Positions 27,656 through 41,142 of a DNA stretch of 64,000 bases are shown in pieces. The position numbers and the translations under genes are program-made. Where the stretch lies: contig NC_068993.1 in the NCBI RefSeq assembly GCF_001194135.2, forward strand, positions 2,637,683 to 2,701,682, given 5' to 3'. The notes under the pieces were generated by a model. It ran no database searches and was not told the origin of the DNA. It saw nothing but the letters and a program-made list of their open reading frames with translations. The DNA comes from Octopus bimaculoides (lineage: Eukaryota). The number at the start of each line of letters is the position of its first letter. The first letter of the stretch is position 1.

Positions 27656-27690
<35 letters not shown>

Positions 27691-27961
27691 CTATCTACCT
27701 ACACACATATGTGTGTGTTTGTGACTATATTTATATGTCCATGTAATTTTATATATATTTACATATGTGCATGTGTAAGCATGACCAAATAGTTAAGATA
27801 TTTATCTCATGATGATAAGATCATTGGTTCGATCTCTGCACCAGACAGTGCATTTTCCCTTTGAGCAAGGCACTTCAGTTCCCACTGCCACAGTCCACTC
27901 AGCTGAAAGTTACTATAACTCAAATGCTGGTGCTGCCCTCTCCTTCTTTCTTTTTTTCTTC

Positions 27962-28132
27962 TTTTCTACTCTATTAGATCAACCCCAGTATGCAACTGGT
28001 ACTTAATTTATCAGCCCCAAAAGGATGAAAGGCAAAGTCGACCTTGGCAGAATTTGAACTCAGAACGTAAAGACAAACGAAATATCACTAAGCATTTTGC
28101 CCAGTGTGCTAACATTTCTGCCAACTCACCGC
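27962..28132 (-). mobile_element. Family A SINE, near full length
   Basis: ggatgaaaggcaaagtcgaccttggcagaatttgaactcagaacg..gctaacatttctgccaactcaccgc. Confidence 0.9.
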
Positions 28133-28369
28133 TTGCCTTCTCCCTCTTTCTTCTTACCATCGCTCTCTTCATGTTCTGCTGTGTTATACTTACCCATGAG
28201 TGATGGCTAACATAGATAATGTCATCATCGTTGTCAACATAGGTCTGTTAGTTTGATAGGATCTGATGGACGTGATGATGGGGTTGTACTCCAACGTCTG
28301 TTTCGCCATGGTTTCTCTATGGCTGGATGCCCTTTCTTATGCCAACACTTCACACCATATACTGCATCC

Positions 28370-28450
<81 letters not shown>

Positions 28451-28519
28451 AATATTGCATTTCTAAATGTCTCAGAGAGAGTCATGCAGTAGCAACATGA
28501 TAAAGGGATGGCTTGTTGC

Positions 28520-28640
28520 CAACTTAATGTGACAATCCCAGGAAAGGGAAGAATGCTACTGCCGTTTAGCCCCAAGAATCACTGTTTCTAGTAGGCTATG
28601 CGACACAAGCATTCTGTGTCCTTAAGTTTTCAAACATCTT
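28520..28640 (+). repeat. Dispersed repeat family H, copy 1 of 3
   Basis: tttagccccaagaa..tctag..ggctatgcgacac..ctgtgtcctta is shared with 43657-43757 and 47775-47925. Confidence 0.6.
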
Positions 28641-29329
28641 TTCCAACTGGCCAACAGCACATGATCTGTAGCTGTATACTGTCAGCAAAGGAGTCTACCA
28701 ATCCCTTTCTGGCCATAGTGATACCTGTAGACCAATGGTTTCTGGTAATTTCCCTTCCTTGGTACAGGACAACCACCGGTTGTATATACTTTTAAAGGGA
28801 CACATAGATGCTAATCTCATAAAGAGAAAAGAGAATTTATATGTATATATGAATATACATNNNNNNNNNNGAAGAGATTTGCCTGCTATTTCTAGCAATC
28901 CAGTAACCATAATATGGCTCCTTAATTCATGGTATGGTGATGCGGTTTCAAATTTGGTCATGCAAAATATTAACCAACCAGCTAATGTATCCCTTCTAAT
29001 GAATTTTCATTAAAGTCATAGCACTAAGGCTGTGTTGAAAATTGAATTACCTGCTTGTTGTTAACGAGTAATTTGTAGTTTATTCTGTGGCTATTCAGGT
29101 ATTTAACAATTGTTGAGAAAGAGAGAAAGAGACTCTGGAACTTATGACATTTGATAAATTCTAAAATTTAGTGTTATTAATCAGAACTTTTAACAATCTG
29201 TCTTCTCCACTTTTCATTAGAATACTTTCAATTTGAATATCACAATGAAATTAATTAAGTTCTAAACAATAGCTACAAATTAAAGCGAAACAAGAGGAAA
29301 CAGCAACAACAACATCATCAACAACAGTA

Positions 29330-29380
29330 ATAATGATAATAATAATAATAATGATAATAATAATAATGATAATAATAATG

Positions 29381-29431
<51 letters not shown>

Positions 29432-29481
29432 GTAATAATTACGATAATAATAATAGTAATGATAATAACAACAACAACAAC

Positions 29482-29539
<58 letters not shown>
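29330..29539. repeat. (TAA)n/(TGA)n array running into a gap
   Basis: Direct reading. Confidence 0.95.
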
Positions 29540-30747
29540 NNNNNNNNNNNNNNNNNNNNNNNNNNNNNNNNNNNNNNNNNNNNNNNNNNNNNNNNNNNNN
29601 NNNNNNNNNNNNNNNNNNNNNNNNNNNNNNNNNNNNNNNNNNNNNNNNNNNNNNNNNNNNNNNNNNNNNNNNNNNNNNNNNNNNNNNNNNNNNNNNNNNN
29701 NNNNNNNNNNNNNNNNNNNNNNNNNNNNNNNNNNNNNNNNNNNNNNNNNNNNNNNNNNNNNNNNNNNNNNNNNNNNNNNNNNNNNNNNNNNNNNNNNNNN
29801 NNNNNNNNNNNNNNNNNNNNNNNNNNNNNNNNNNNNNNNNNNNNNNNNNNNNNNNNNNNNNNNNNNNNNNNNNNNNNNNNNNNNNNNNNNNNNNNNNNNN
29901 NNNNNNNNNNNNNNNNNNNNNNNNNNNNNNNNNNNNNNNNNNNNNNNNNNNNNNNNNNNNNNNNNNNNNNNNNNNNNNNNNNNNNNNNNNGTCATCACCA
30001 TTGTCATCATTATTACTGTCATCATCCATACCTCTCTTCCATATGTCTCTTTTCTATCGTCAACATCGTCATCATCATTGTCAACATCATGAGCAGCAGC
30101 ACCACCATCGCAACAGCAGCAACAACAACCTTGCCATTCTCCCTCTTCCTTTTTGGTTTCACCACCACCACCACTACAATCACCACCTACCCACCACCAC
30201 CACCACATCATCATCAGCATCATCATCATCATCATCATCATCATTATCATCATCATCATCATCATCATCATCACCATCATCATCACCATCGTCACCACCA
30301 CCTCCCTGTCTCAAAACACCAATGAAATAAGTTTTGTTTCGTGACAGGGTTTATTTTGCATCTTGAAATAAAATTCACTTTGTTCCTTTTTTACTACACT
30401 TTATACACCCAGTTTGAGTAGAGGTATTAGTAAACATCTTTAAGTAAAATATATATATATCAGATGTTTTATGTTCATGCGTACAAAAAGACAACTTTTT
30501 TTTTAAAACTGCTTCAATGCAATTCCAAAAACATGTTTTTATTTTTAATATTTTGGCCTAAAATACACCCTAGACGATCTTTTGCTATTAAAACATTACT
30601 TTGCACAGGGTTCTATGGTGGTTTTAAAACAGCTCAGCTTCTGTTACTAAATTCATTCACATGGCCAACATTTTCACCATTATGCAAACGAGACAAACTA
30701 ATTAATTTGATTCTGTCTGTGTGTGCATAGATTATAAATAGCTTCTT

Positions 30748-30977
30748 TTAACCCTTTTGTTGCCATATTTCTGTTAAAATATGCTGCTTTTGTTTCAATT
30801 GATTTTGGAAAGAATAAAGAATTTAGTAAAGTAACTTTGTCATTATGAAGCTGATGTCTGGAATGTAAACGAACAAGAAATTTTGATGGAGTGTTTTAGT
30901 CTAAATCACTTTAGACTGGGAAGTCTGTATCATAAAAGCAGAGGTGGTCACAGTTGGACTGATCTTAACAGTATTAA
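30748..30977 (+). mobile_element. TTAA-flanked piggyBac-like MITE
   Basis: Begins TTAA-CCCTTTTG and ends in TTAA. A second copy lies at 3950-4475. The right terminal inverted repeat is degenerate. Confidence 0.5.
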
Positions 30978-31356
30978 ATATGTTAAGCCTACAGGCATCA
31001 ATGGTCATTAACTTCCATCCTTCCCCTCATGTACCACAGAATTTAACATCTTACTAGGGCTGGCATTTCTGTAGCCAACTGATAAGACCATTCTTCATTT
31101 TCTATTTCTGTCTTCATTATCCAATCTTTTCCAAATGCCAAAGCATTGTCTTCTCATGGTGTCCATTGAACAACATTATTTCCTACTTAGGTCATTTAGA
31201 AGTTTCCACATAGTCTCTGCTGGTCTAAAGATGTCTACATTTGTTCCCTTATCTGTATATGAGAATATACAAAAAAAGAAAATTAGAGTTATGTCCCTTT
31301 GACCATAATTGAACTAGTATTGTAGAATAATTCATGGAAGAGGATTCCAAACTCTG

Positions 31357-31650
31357 TGACACAGCTGCTCAGTCCAGAGATAGTGAAGTCCTTCAGTGTG
31401 CCAAAAGACTTTTGTCTCTATGCATGCATTTCCTGAAAATGTTTGATTAGGAATTACGTAGTGTGGTGCAATTCTTGGATAAAGATAAGAATGTGCTTTC
31501 TTTCAGCTACACATAAGTTACATTTCTTAAATCCATTTACATATGACATGGATTTTTCTACAATTCTCCATTTGATTGTACGTTGTGTGCAGTTGGTTTT
31601 CAAATCCCATATGTGACTAGCCAACTTAGTGGCTTTACTTTTGTCAGTGT
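31357..31650 (-). mobile_element. Penelope-like element, GIY-YIG endonuclease C-terminal fragment
   Basis: HTDKSKATKLASHIWDLKTNCTQRTIKWRIVEKSMSYVNGFKKCNLCVAERKHIL, then frameshifted KCMHRDKSLL. This fits the PLE motif T.LSK.IW.LK.....I.W.I......Y......C.LC..EK..I ... KCRH..K.LL. Confidence 0.85.
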
Positions 31651-32264
31651 GCACATTAAGAATGATGATGATGATGATGATGATGTATATATAAGATATT
31701 TTCAATTTCAGCTTTGACTTCACCGATGAATAAATAGTAAATAGAACATTATCCTGAAAAAAAAAAAATGTAGAGAAAGAAAAAGCGTAATTGTTCTATA
31801 AATAAAAGAACATAATAATAAAACCATTCAACATATACCATTACGGTAAGAAATACTAGCAGCAACAGTAACGATGACAACAACAACAACAATAATCATT
31901 TACACTACCTGTAATATTTATTGGATGTGTTTAGCATTGCTTTTTTAAAAAATTTTCTGCCAGTTACCAACCAATGATAAAATATCAGTTGGTATTTGAG
32001 GTTTCTGAGAAGAAATGGAAGCTTCATTTAATTTCAGTCTGCTGCACAAAAGAATAAACAGAATGAGTTTATGGATCTTCATCTGATTCTGTTTACAACT
32101 TTTTCATCTTCAGTTGAAGTATCTCTCGATATTTTTTCGCTTTTTAAGAAATTATTTTGGATTTAGAAATTGTTACACATTTTATACATCTGGCCAAGAT
32201 ACTGGAAACTAATAGCTAAAACTCTGCAGATATCTATGCGACCAAACGTGTGTGTGTGTATGTA

Positions 32265-32302
32265 TTGTCTGATGAACGGGAAGGTGAAACTCAGAGTAAC
32301 GG
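32265..32302 (+). ncRNA. Minimal type I hammerhead-like motif
   Basis: ttgt-CUGAUGA-ac(gggaag)gt-GAAA-C(ucaga)G-UA-acgg. The core is intact, but all three stems are short and stem I has two wobble pairs. Confidence 0.45.
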
Positions 32303-32797
32303 TTTTTTTGTTATATTTCTGCTGCTTTTAAATAAAGTATATATATATATACACACACACATATATATANNNNNNNNNNNNNNNNNNNNNNNNNNNNNNN
32401 NNNNNNNNNNNNNNNNNNNNNNNNNNNNNNNNNNNNNNNNNNNNNNNNNNNNNNNNNNNNNNNNNNNNNNNNNNNNNNNNNNNNNNNNNNNNNNNNNNNN
32501 NNNNNNNNNNNNNNNNNNNNNNNNNNNNNNNNNNNNNNNNNNNNNNNNNNNNNNNNNNNNNNNNNNNNNNNNNNNNNNNNNNNNNNNNNNNNNNNNNNNN
32601 NNNNNNNNNNNNNNNNNNNNNNNNNNNNNNNNNNNNNNNNNNNNNNNNNNNNNNNNNNNNNNNNNNNNNNNNNNNNNNNNNNNNNNNNNNNNNNNNNNNN
32701 GGTGAAACTCAGAGTAACGGTTTTTTTGTTATATTTCTGCTGCTTTTAAATAAAGTATATATATATATACACACACATACATATATACACATATATA

Positions 32798-32960
32798 CGA
32801 CGGACTTCTTTCAGTTTCCGTCTCCCAAATCCACTCACAAGGCTTTGGTCGGCCCGAGGCTATAGTAGAAGACACTTGCCCAAGGTGCCACGTAGTGGGA
32901 CTGAACCCGGAACCATGTGGTTGGTAAGCAAGCTACTTACCACACAGCCACTCCTACGCC
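32798..32960 (-). mobile_element. tRNA-derived SINE family B, full length and well conserved
   Basis: Minus strand: ggcgtaggagTGGCTGTGTGGtaagtagc (A-box-like), gggGTTCAGTCCc (B-box-like), cttgggcaagtgtcttctactatagcctcgggccgaccaaagcc, (TA)n tail. Confidence 0.9.
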
Positions 32961-32971
32961 TATATATATAC

Positions 32972-33265
32972 ATCATCATTATCATCGTTTAACGTCCGTT
33001 TTCCATGCTGGCATGGGTTGGACAGTTTGACTGGGATCTGGGAAGCCAGGAGGCTCCACCAGACTCCAGTCTGATCTGGCAATGTTTCTACAGCTGGATG
33101 TTCTTCCTAACGCCAACCACTCCGAGTGTGTAGTGGGTGCTTTTTACGTGCCACCAGCACAGGGGCCAGAGGGGACTGGCATCGACCATGATCATATATG
33201 GTGCTTTTTATATGCCATCGGCACAGAAGCCAGTCAAGGTGGCGCTAGCATCGACCACATTTGAA
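32972..33265 (-). mobile_element. Family C RTE-tailed repeat
   Basis: catcatcgtttaacgtccgttttccatgctggcatgggttggac..tttctacagctggatg..cctaacgccaaccac. Confidence 0.85.
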
Positions 33266-33287
33266 CTGACTCCTTTTCTTTACTGAC

Positions 33288-33415
33288 ACTTTATCTAATC
33301 GATCCCAGAAGGATCAAAATTAAAGCTGACCTCAGTGAGATTTGAGCTCAGAATATAAACGGCTGGAAGTAACACTACAAGACATTTCAACTGCTATTCT
33401 ATTGATTCTACCAAA
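33288..33415 (-). mobile_element. Family A SINE, diverged
   Basis: gatcccagaaggatc..gctgacctcagtgagatttgagctcaga. Confidence 0.65.
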
Positions 33416-35668
33416 ACATTATTATGATTATAATAACAGAAATTATTCCAACCACAACGTCAATAATACTTTGTTATTGGAACAAATTCTGGTCAGTGAT
33501 GATGTTCAATATTAATTTTTTCCCATTTCATTTATTTATATATTTTTGTTGTTTATGAATAATTAACTTTTTTTAATAAAGTAACGTTCCACTATTCTTC
33601 CTTCTTTGCAACTTTAAGATAAAATTTTCAGCATCAAATTCTTAAAGAAAATCATGCCTGCCGAGTGTGTCTACACATACTGCAAAACACTAACCAACAC
33701 ACACACACACACACACACACACCTATCTATATGGCTGTAAGGCTTTCACACACTGACATACACACATACACATACATACATACAAACAAACATACACACA
33801 CACATACATACATACATACATACATATATAAATATATACATATATGCATGTATGTATGTATGTATGTATGTATGTATGTATGTATGTATGTAGCTATGCA
33901 ATAATAAACATCTCTTGAACTCCAGCGAGTACATTTTAAATAATTATTCACTGAAAGACCTCAATGAATAATAAAAATATAATTATGAATTACTCTAGGC
34001 AACGACATAAGGAAACAAAATCAAATTAAAACAACCAATTTCTGAAACACACCATATAAAGAAAACAAATGTACTTTTACCTCCCAGTTTTGTACTTATA
34101 CAATAAAGGTGTGTTTCTGTGGTCACCCTTGCCTTCAGGTGGTGTTGGAAAGACTGCGTGGGGTCTATTTGTGACAGTATGTATATACACACATTCACAT
34201 ACATATAGACTTACACACACATGCACACATTCTCACACACACTCACACACACACAGTCACAGAGAAACACACATAAACTGGTGATAATTTTCTTGGAGAA
34301 AATGCCACTGCCAGACACAGGCTCAGAATGTATATAAGATGAGAACGATCACAGAAGTTTGTTATGAAAGAGAACAGTGATGTTTTGTTAGTAGACATCC
34401 TTCATTTAAAAGATGTGTCAGGAATTTTATAGTTTGCTTTTTTTCGTTTTTATATTTTCAGTTTAGATAACCTGAAGTTATCTGTTATCACCTTTCATCT
34501 TATTCTGCTTGCTGTGGTATTTGAGTGATCAGGTATTGTGATGTAAATAACTTTAACTAAGGAGCTAAATTAATCACGTAGCAGTAAAACTAGCAATATT
34601 CAGTCAAAGTATTCTATTCTGTAAGAAGTTCGTTTCCCAACCACGTGGTTCTGGGTTCAGTCCTACTGTGTGGAATCTTGGGCAAGTGTCTTCTTCTATA
34701 GCAGCTGTTTGACCAAAGCTTGTGAGTATATATATATATATATCTGTAACATATAGATATATATATGTATATATATCTATAACACTCTCTCTATCTATTT
34801 ATTTATCTTTCTCTTTCTCTCCTTCTTTATATGTGTGGATGTATGTGTGTGTGTAATGAAGGAAAATAAGGATTAAATACATCTAGGTGAATATCTTGGT
34901 AAGCACTCAGTATAAGAAGCCTGGCTAACAGAATGTCTGAGGATCAAATCAAAACATCCTACTCCTGGCACCATACGATCCATTACCACCTGTGTTATTG
35001 GTCAGGTGGTCAGTAACTAAATTATCTCTCCCACCTGGTTTGTTATGTGAGAAGACCAATCAACGGACAGATGAACTCACTGGATCCCATGACCATTCAT
35101 ACTAGTGGTTTCTCATTAAAACATCCTGCAATGGAGAAGGCGAAATCTATGCAGCTGGACGAAGACCATAGCCATGAAAACTCCAATGAAAGATATACCA
35201 TGCTCTCAAATTGACATCCATGAATGATGTGGTGTAGAACAAGATGAAGAATAGGATGTTCAATAAAGATAATAACAATCCATACAGGTTAATTATACCA
35301 TGTGACAGGTGCAAATTGTTCATTACCAATTAGTAATTTTGGTATATTGATCACAGAGGATATTCTTAATGAAATAAAGATTTAAGAATATATGAATACA
35401 ATACTTTATTTGCTTACCTACGATTCAGATGATTCAGTGAGTTGTATTTATTAGACACTGCGCTTTGCATGTTTAATCAATCCATTAATTGATTAATTAA
35501 TCATCAAATTTATGGAACAGTCATCTACCAAACCATTCTCTTCAGAGCCTTTAACGTATTTCAGATTCGAATTACTTTGGAAGATCTACACAATCAGAAT
35601 TAGTGGAAATGGTTAAATGAAAGTGGACAGATTACATTTCTTCCCACCTCTTGTCATGTATCATCCTA

Positions 35669-35708
<40 letters not shown>

Positions 35709-35972
35709 TGCATTGTTCAAATTCACATAAAATCTTTGTAGAAAGCTATGCAAAGCTCATCCGCAGTTATTGGCTACCTGATGTCATCACTCAATGGAAA
35801 TGATCCTGCTACTAGATTTACATCAGGAATTCCATAGTATCCATAATATCCATAGAAGTTATATAAATAGAAAAATGGTAGAAAATGGAATGAATGACAT
35901 TCTTTATTCAAAATGACTACAATTGTTTCGACAAATTATATACATGCACAGAAATATATATATATATATATA

Positions 35973-36108
35973 CTAGGTTGAGGAAAAAGTTCATGTGCTG
36001 TGAGTCACCATTAAACATAACATGAACTGAATGAACACACACACCACAAAAATATATTTAAAAAAGCATTGTTTTAACATGGCACATGAAACTTTTTACT
36101 CAACCTAA
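35973..36108. mobile_element. Mariner-type MITE in TA context
   Basis: Left ctaggttgaggaaaaagttcatgtgc versus reverse complement of the right end ttaggttgagtaaaaagtttcatgtgc, flanked by TA. Resembles the Hsmar1/MADE1-type TIR (ttaggttggtgcaaaagt). Confidence 0.8.
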
Positions 36109-36542
36109 TATATATATTTGCCAGGGGCATTAGCAGAAGACACTTATCTAAGGTGTCATACAGTGAGACTGAACCCAGAACCACGTGGTTGAGAAACAAA
36201 CGTTTCACCACACACAAACAAATACACACATGTATTTACACAATCTATCATTAACTGAGATTATTTCAGGAATGATTAAAATACTTTGAGCTCTGTGCCG
36301 AGGATCATATCAAACATAGAAGAAATAAATGCAAAGAGAAAAATGGTAAAACACATTACATTTTCAATTACTGAAAGCATATCTCATACACAATTAATTA
36401 ATTAATTAATTAACCAACTATACTGTCAGTGCATACAGGATTACCCAAATTAGACAAACAAGATTAAATGTTTCAGAATTTGTATTTACTAAAAATAGCT
36501 ATAAGCTACTAATGACTCCATACATAGAGCATGGGTATCCTA

Positions 36543-36582
36543 TCTCTGATGAAGGTCTAAGAAGACAAGAAACTAGTCAGAG
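36543..36582 (+). ncRNA. Minimal type I hammerhead-like motif
   Basis: tct-CUGAUGA-ag-gtct(aaga)agac-aa-GAAA-cuag-UC-aga. Stem III is the palindrome actagt, the triplet is GUC, and the base of stem II is mismatched. Confidence 0.55.
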
Positions 36583-37104
36583 CAACTCTATATCCTATGT
36601 CTACAGAGAGACAAAAATTTGTGGCATAACATCTTTGTTTATTTTTCACGGAGAGGTTAAATTGAATTTTTATCAAAAAGGTTTACTTTATATAACATTT
36701 CAAATTATCTAAAAGCTTTGTGTAGTGGTTTATTAATTAATTAATAGATATATATATGTATATATTTGTGTGTGTATATATGTGTGTGTGTGTGTGTACA
36801 TATATATATAATACGTATACATATATNNNNNNNNNNNNNNNNNNNNNNNNNNNNNNNNNNNNNNNNNNNNNNNNNNNNNNNNNNNNNNNNNNNNNNNNNN
36901 NNNNNNNNNNNNNNNNNATATATATATATATATATATATATACATACATATATATATACATCTATGCATGTATTTCTACACCCATATATATATTTGTGTA
37001 TATATGATGTATATGCTATATGATATATATATTATATATATGTATATATTATATATATATATATGTACATTTATGTATATATCATAAATATTACATACGC
37101 ATAC

Positions 37105-37146
<42 letters not shown>

Positions 37147-37456
37147 NNNNNNNNNNNNNNNNNNNNNNNNNNNNNNNNNNNNNNNNNNNNNNNNNNNNNN
37201 NNNGTGTGTGTGCATATATACACATATACACATGCATGAATATATATACATAACTGAAGATAAAACAGTGACAAAAAATATAATACTGACAAACTCAAAA
37301 CAATTTCCTAATAATTAGCAAACAAAATCAAATTACAATATTAAAAATAAAATAAAATAAAAAATAAAAACAAATACAAATATAAACGCCATATTTATGA
37401 GAAACACACATATGAAAACTTAAAACAAACACATTGATATATGTACAGGAAAAGTT

Positions 37457-37510
<54 letters not shown>

Positions 37511-38183
37511 AAGAGAAAACAAAAAATAAAATTAATTTATTTGTATGATATTCAATAAAACAAATAGGATATAAAAGAAGCAAATATAATTCTAAAATTA
37601 GGAAAATAATTCTATAAGAAAAAACAAGAACTGATTCGATTTTCAAATATTGCAAATTGCTAATCTTTGGATTCTAATTATGTCTCCATGGAACGAGCAT
37701 TTTAAATTAGTTATTGCTTTATTCAAGTCTTTATTTAGTAAAGTTAAACTGACAAATAATTATGTTTTATATATTCATTTTTTTTCTGTAGTTTTGATAA
37801 TTATTGTAGTTTGTTTATATGTGTGTATGTATGTGGGTGTGTGTTTTCTGAAGTTTCTCGTTAAGATTAATTAATATTGTAAATGGAATCCATACTCTTC
37901 AAAATTAAAGGAATACGTATATTTAGATACATACATGCATACATATCAATACGTATATATACTAGCATAAATACACATACATGCATTCATACACATACAT
38001 GCATACATATATATATACACACATGCATATGCACATACATCTGTATGCATACATATATTCAAATATACTTATATCTATATACTGGTTTCTATATCTATAT
38101 ATCTTTCTGTCTATCTATCTATTTATCTATCTGTCTATCTATTTATTTATACTGGTTTCTATATCTGTCTATCTATCTGTCTT

Positions 38184-38263
<80 letters not shown>

Positions 38264-38368
38264 NNNNNNNNNNNNNNNNNNNNNNNNNNNNNNNNNNNNN
38301 NNNNNNNNNNNNNNNNNNNNNNNNNNNNNNNNNNNNNNNNNNNNNNNNNNNNNNNNNNNNNNNNNNNN

Positions 38369-38417
<49 letters not shown>

Positions 38418-38561
38418 TAGATAGATAGATAGATATACAAATGATAAATTAAATAGAGATTTAACTGACATTCCAATAATTTATTTATATTATAATATAT
38501 CATAATATACTATGAATATAATATAATATAAGTTAGCATAAAAAAAATTATTAAAAAACCA

Positions 38562-38646
38562 AAAGAGCCAACAATTTGTTTCGACTTATATACATTATTT
38601 GATTTATAAACAATTCAATTCTCTTATAAGTCTCATCAGAGCTTTT
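38562..38646 (-). ncRNA. Type I hammerhead ribozyme
   Basis: aaaagct-CUGAUGA-gacttata...tataagtc-GAAA-caaattg-UU-ggctctttt. Stem II is a perfect 8 bp helix with G-C at the base, stem III is near-palindromic, stem I is 4 bp + bulge + 3 bp, and the triplet is GUU. Confidence 0.75.
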
Positions 38647-38780
38647 GTTTAAAGACAGATGAAATTCCGTGTGAAAGGACGGCTGGTTTGTAAAGAAATT
38701 TATTCAAAAGCCTATGTATTATGAGTGTGTGCGTTAAATTTTCAGCTACACAGAAATTACATTTAAAAAACAACAAAATT
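38567..38780 (-). mobile_element. Penelope-like 3' end with downstream hammerhead
   Basis: KCNFCVAENLTHTLIIHRLLNK resembles the PLE motif C.LC..EK..I....LLNK. The ORF stop codon falls inside CUGAUGA. Confidence 0.65.
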
Positions 38781-39144
38781 ATAGCAGACAAAATAATTAA
38801 GTAAATAGAATCTACAACTATCAAAATATATTTCTATATATCTCAAATAATATTAATCCAAACTCATTTACGTCAAAGACAATCTTTGGCTATTATAATA
38901 ACATACAACAAAATATAGGTACACAAGTATCAGGGCCTTACTTAATCTAGAGACTAATAAAACGTGTAAATATAGATTAATGATAATATACTATTATATT
39001 GATGACATATAACAACTCTTCTCTTTTATTTAAAGTTATTGATATTAAAAAAAAATTGTTTAAAATAATTAACAACAAAAATTCTTTTTTTAGTTCATCA
39101 GAGGGAGAATTCCGTAATAAATTAATAACTATGCTTATATTTAT

Positions 39145-39187
<43 letters not shown>

Positions 39188-40148
39188 NNNNNNNNNNNNN
39201 NNNNNNNNNNNNNNNNNNNNNNNNNNNNNNNNNNNNNNNNNNNNNNNNNNNNNNNNNNNNNNNNNNNNNNNNNNNNNNNNNNNNNNNNNNNNNNNNNNNN
39301 NNNNNNNNNNNNNNNNNNNNNNNNNNNNNNNNNNNNNNNNNNNNNNNNNNNNNNNNNNNNNNNNNNNNNNNNNNNNNNNNNNNNNNNNNNNNNNNNNNNN
39401 NNNNNNNNNNNNNNNNNNNNNNNNNNNNNNNNNNNNNNNNNNNNNNNNNNNNNNNNNNNNNNNNNNNNNNNNNNNNNNNNNNNNNNNNNNNNNNNNNNNN
39501 NNNNNNNNNNNNNNNNNNNNNNNNNNNNNNNNNNNNNNNNNNNNNNNNNNNNNNNNNNNNNNNNNNNNNNNNNNNNNNNNNNNNNNNNNNNNNNNNNNNN
39601 NNNNNNNNNNNNNNNNNNNNNNNNNNNNNNNNNNNNNNNNNNNNNNNNNNNNNNNNNNNNNNNNNNNNNNNNNNNNNNNNNNNNNNNNNNNNNNNNNNNN
39701 NNNNNNNNNNNNNNNNNNNNNNNNNNNNNNNNNNNNNNNNNNNNNNNNNNNNNNNNNNNNNNNNNNNNNNNNNNNNNNNNNNNNNNNNNNNNNNNNNNNN
39801 NNNNNNNNNNNNNNNNNNNNNNNNNNNNNNNNNNNNNNNNNNNNNNNNNNNNNNNNNNNNNNNNNNNNNNNNNNNNNNNNNNNNNNNNNNNNNNNNNNNN
39901 NNNNNNNNNNNNNNNNNNNNNNNNNNNNNNNNNNNNNNNNNNNNNNNNNNNNNNNNNNNNNNNNNNNNNNNNNNNNNNNNNNNNNNNNNNNNNNNNNNNN
40001 NNNNNNNNNNNNNNNNNNNNNNNNNNNNNNNNNNNNNNNNNNNNNNNNNNNNNNNNNNNNNNNNNNNNNNNNNNNNNNNNNNNNNNNNNNNNNNNNNNNN
40101 NNNNNNNNNNNNNNNNNNNNNNNNNNNNNNNNNNNNNNNNNNNNNNNN
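39188..40148. other. Largest of 17 assembly gaps
   Basis: Other N-runs: 20853-20862, 21368-21399, 22391-22400, 27297-27655, 28861-28870, 29540-29990, 32370-32700, 36827-36917, 37147-37203, 38264-38368, 44603-44815, 52268-52758, 53682-53923, 55963-56237, 57167-57176, 63383-63392. Confidence 0.98.
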
Positions 40149-40206
<58 letters not shown>

Positions 40207-40394
40207 AGAGGGAGAGGAGAGAGATGAAGAGAAAGAGAGAAAAGGAGAAACAGGAAGTTACGGTTAGGCTAATATGTCCATCAAATCTGTAGCAGAGTCT
40301 GATGGAATGGTTTGGAAGTCTTCCAGTTTTTTAAAAGCTGCACAATAAATGTTGGTGTTGTCTGGTAAGAAGCAGTGCAAAAGGCAGAGAACAA

Positions 40395-40620
40395 CATCAT
40401 CATCATCATCATCATCATCACCTAATGTCCACTTTCCAAGCTGGCATGGGTGGGACAGTTGGACAGGGAACCAGTGAGTTGCAGGACTGCACTGAGCTCC
40501 AATGTCATCTTAGGTATGGATTCTTTGACTGGATGCCCTTGCTAACCCCAACTCTTTTACAGAGGGTGCTGTGTGCTGTCTTCATGCCACTGGAACAAGT
40601 GGTGTTGTCATGTGACTTGT
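40395..40620 (-). mobile_element. Family C RTE-tailed repeat, diverged
   Basis: catcatcacctaatgtccactttccaagctggcatgggt..ctggatgcccttgctaacccca. Confidence 0.7.
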
Positions 40621-41006
40621 AAGACAGAAAAGAACTGGGAGAGAAAGCAAATAGCAAACCTCCCACTGCTGATGTGAAATGTATGGGAGGAGAAGGTGGA
40701 GGTGGGTGGGTGGCTGTATGCCAAGTGTTGATGAAGGGACAAGCCCAGGTTTCTTGCTATAGAGGAGATACATATGTGTGTGTGTGTGTCTTTTTCTTGA
40801 TATCACACTCTCCAGTTGTGAATAAGCATCACTGTCATACAAGCAGTGTCGTTTCAATGCCATCTTCCTTGAAAACTTGTCCAAACTTGAAGAAAATATT
40901 CCATTTCCTGGAACCAGCTGAGAGGTCACAAAAGGAAGTGCATATGACCATATTTTGTGTGGCTGACAGAAACTTGGAAAAATGATGATAGACGTACTAT
41001 GATAGA

Positions 41007-41142
41007 TCATCATCATCATCATCGTCGTTTAACATCCGCTTTCCATGCTGGCATGGGCTGGACGTTTTGACTGAGGACTGCACCAGGCTCAGTCTAATCT
41101 AGCAAAGTTTCTACAACTGGATGCTCTTCCTAATGCCAACCA

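Noticed and set aside
31100-31170. In-frame TGA within a protein-like frame (possible selenocysteine)
   Set aside because: The frame has several other stops just upstream, and no SECIS was seen.
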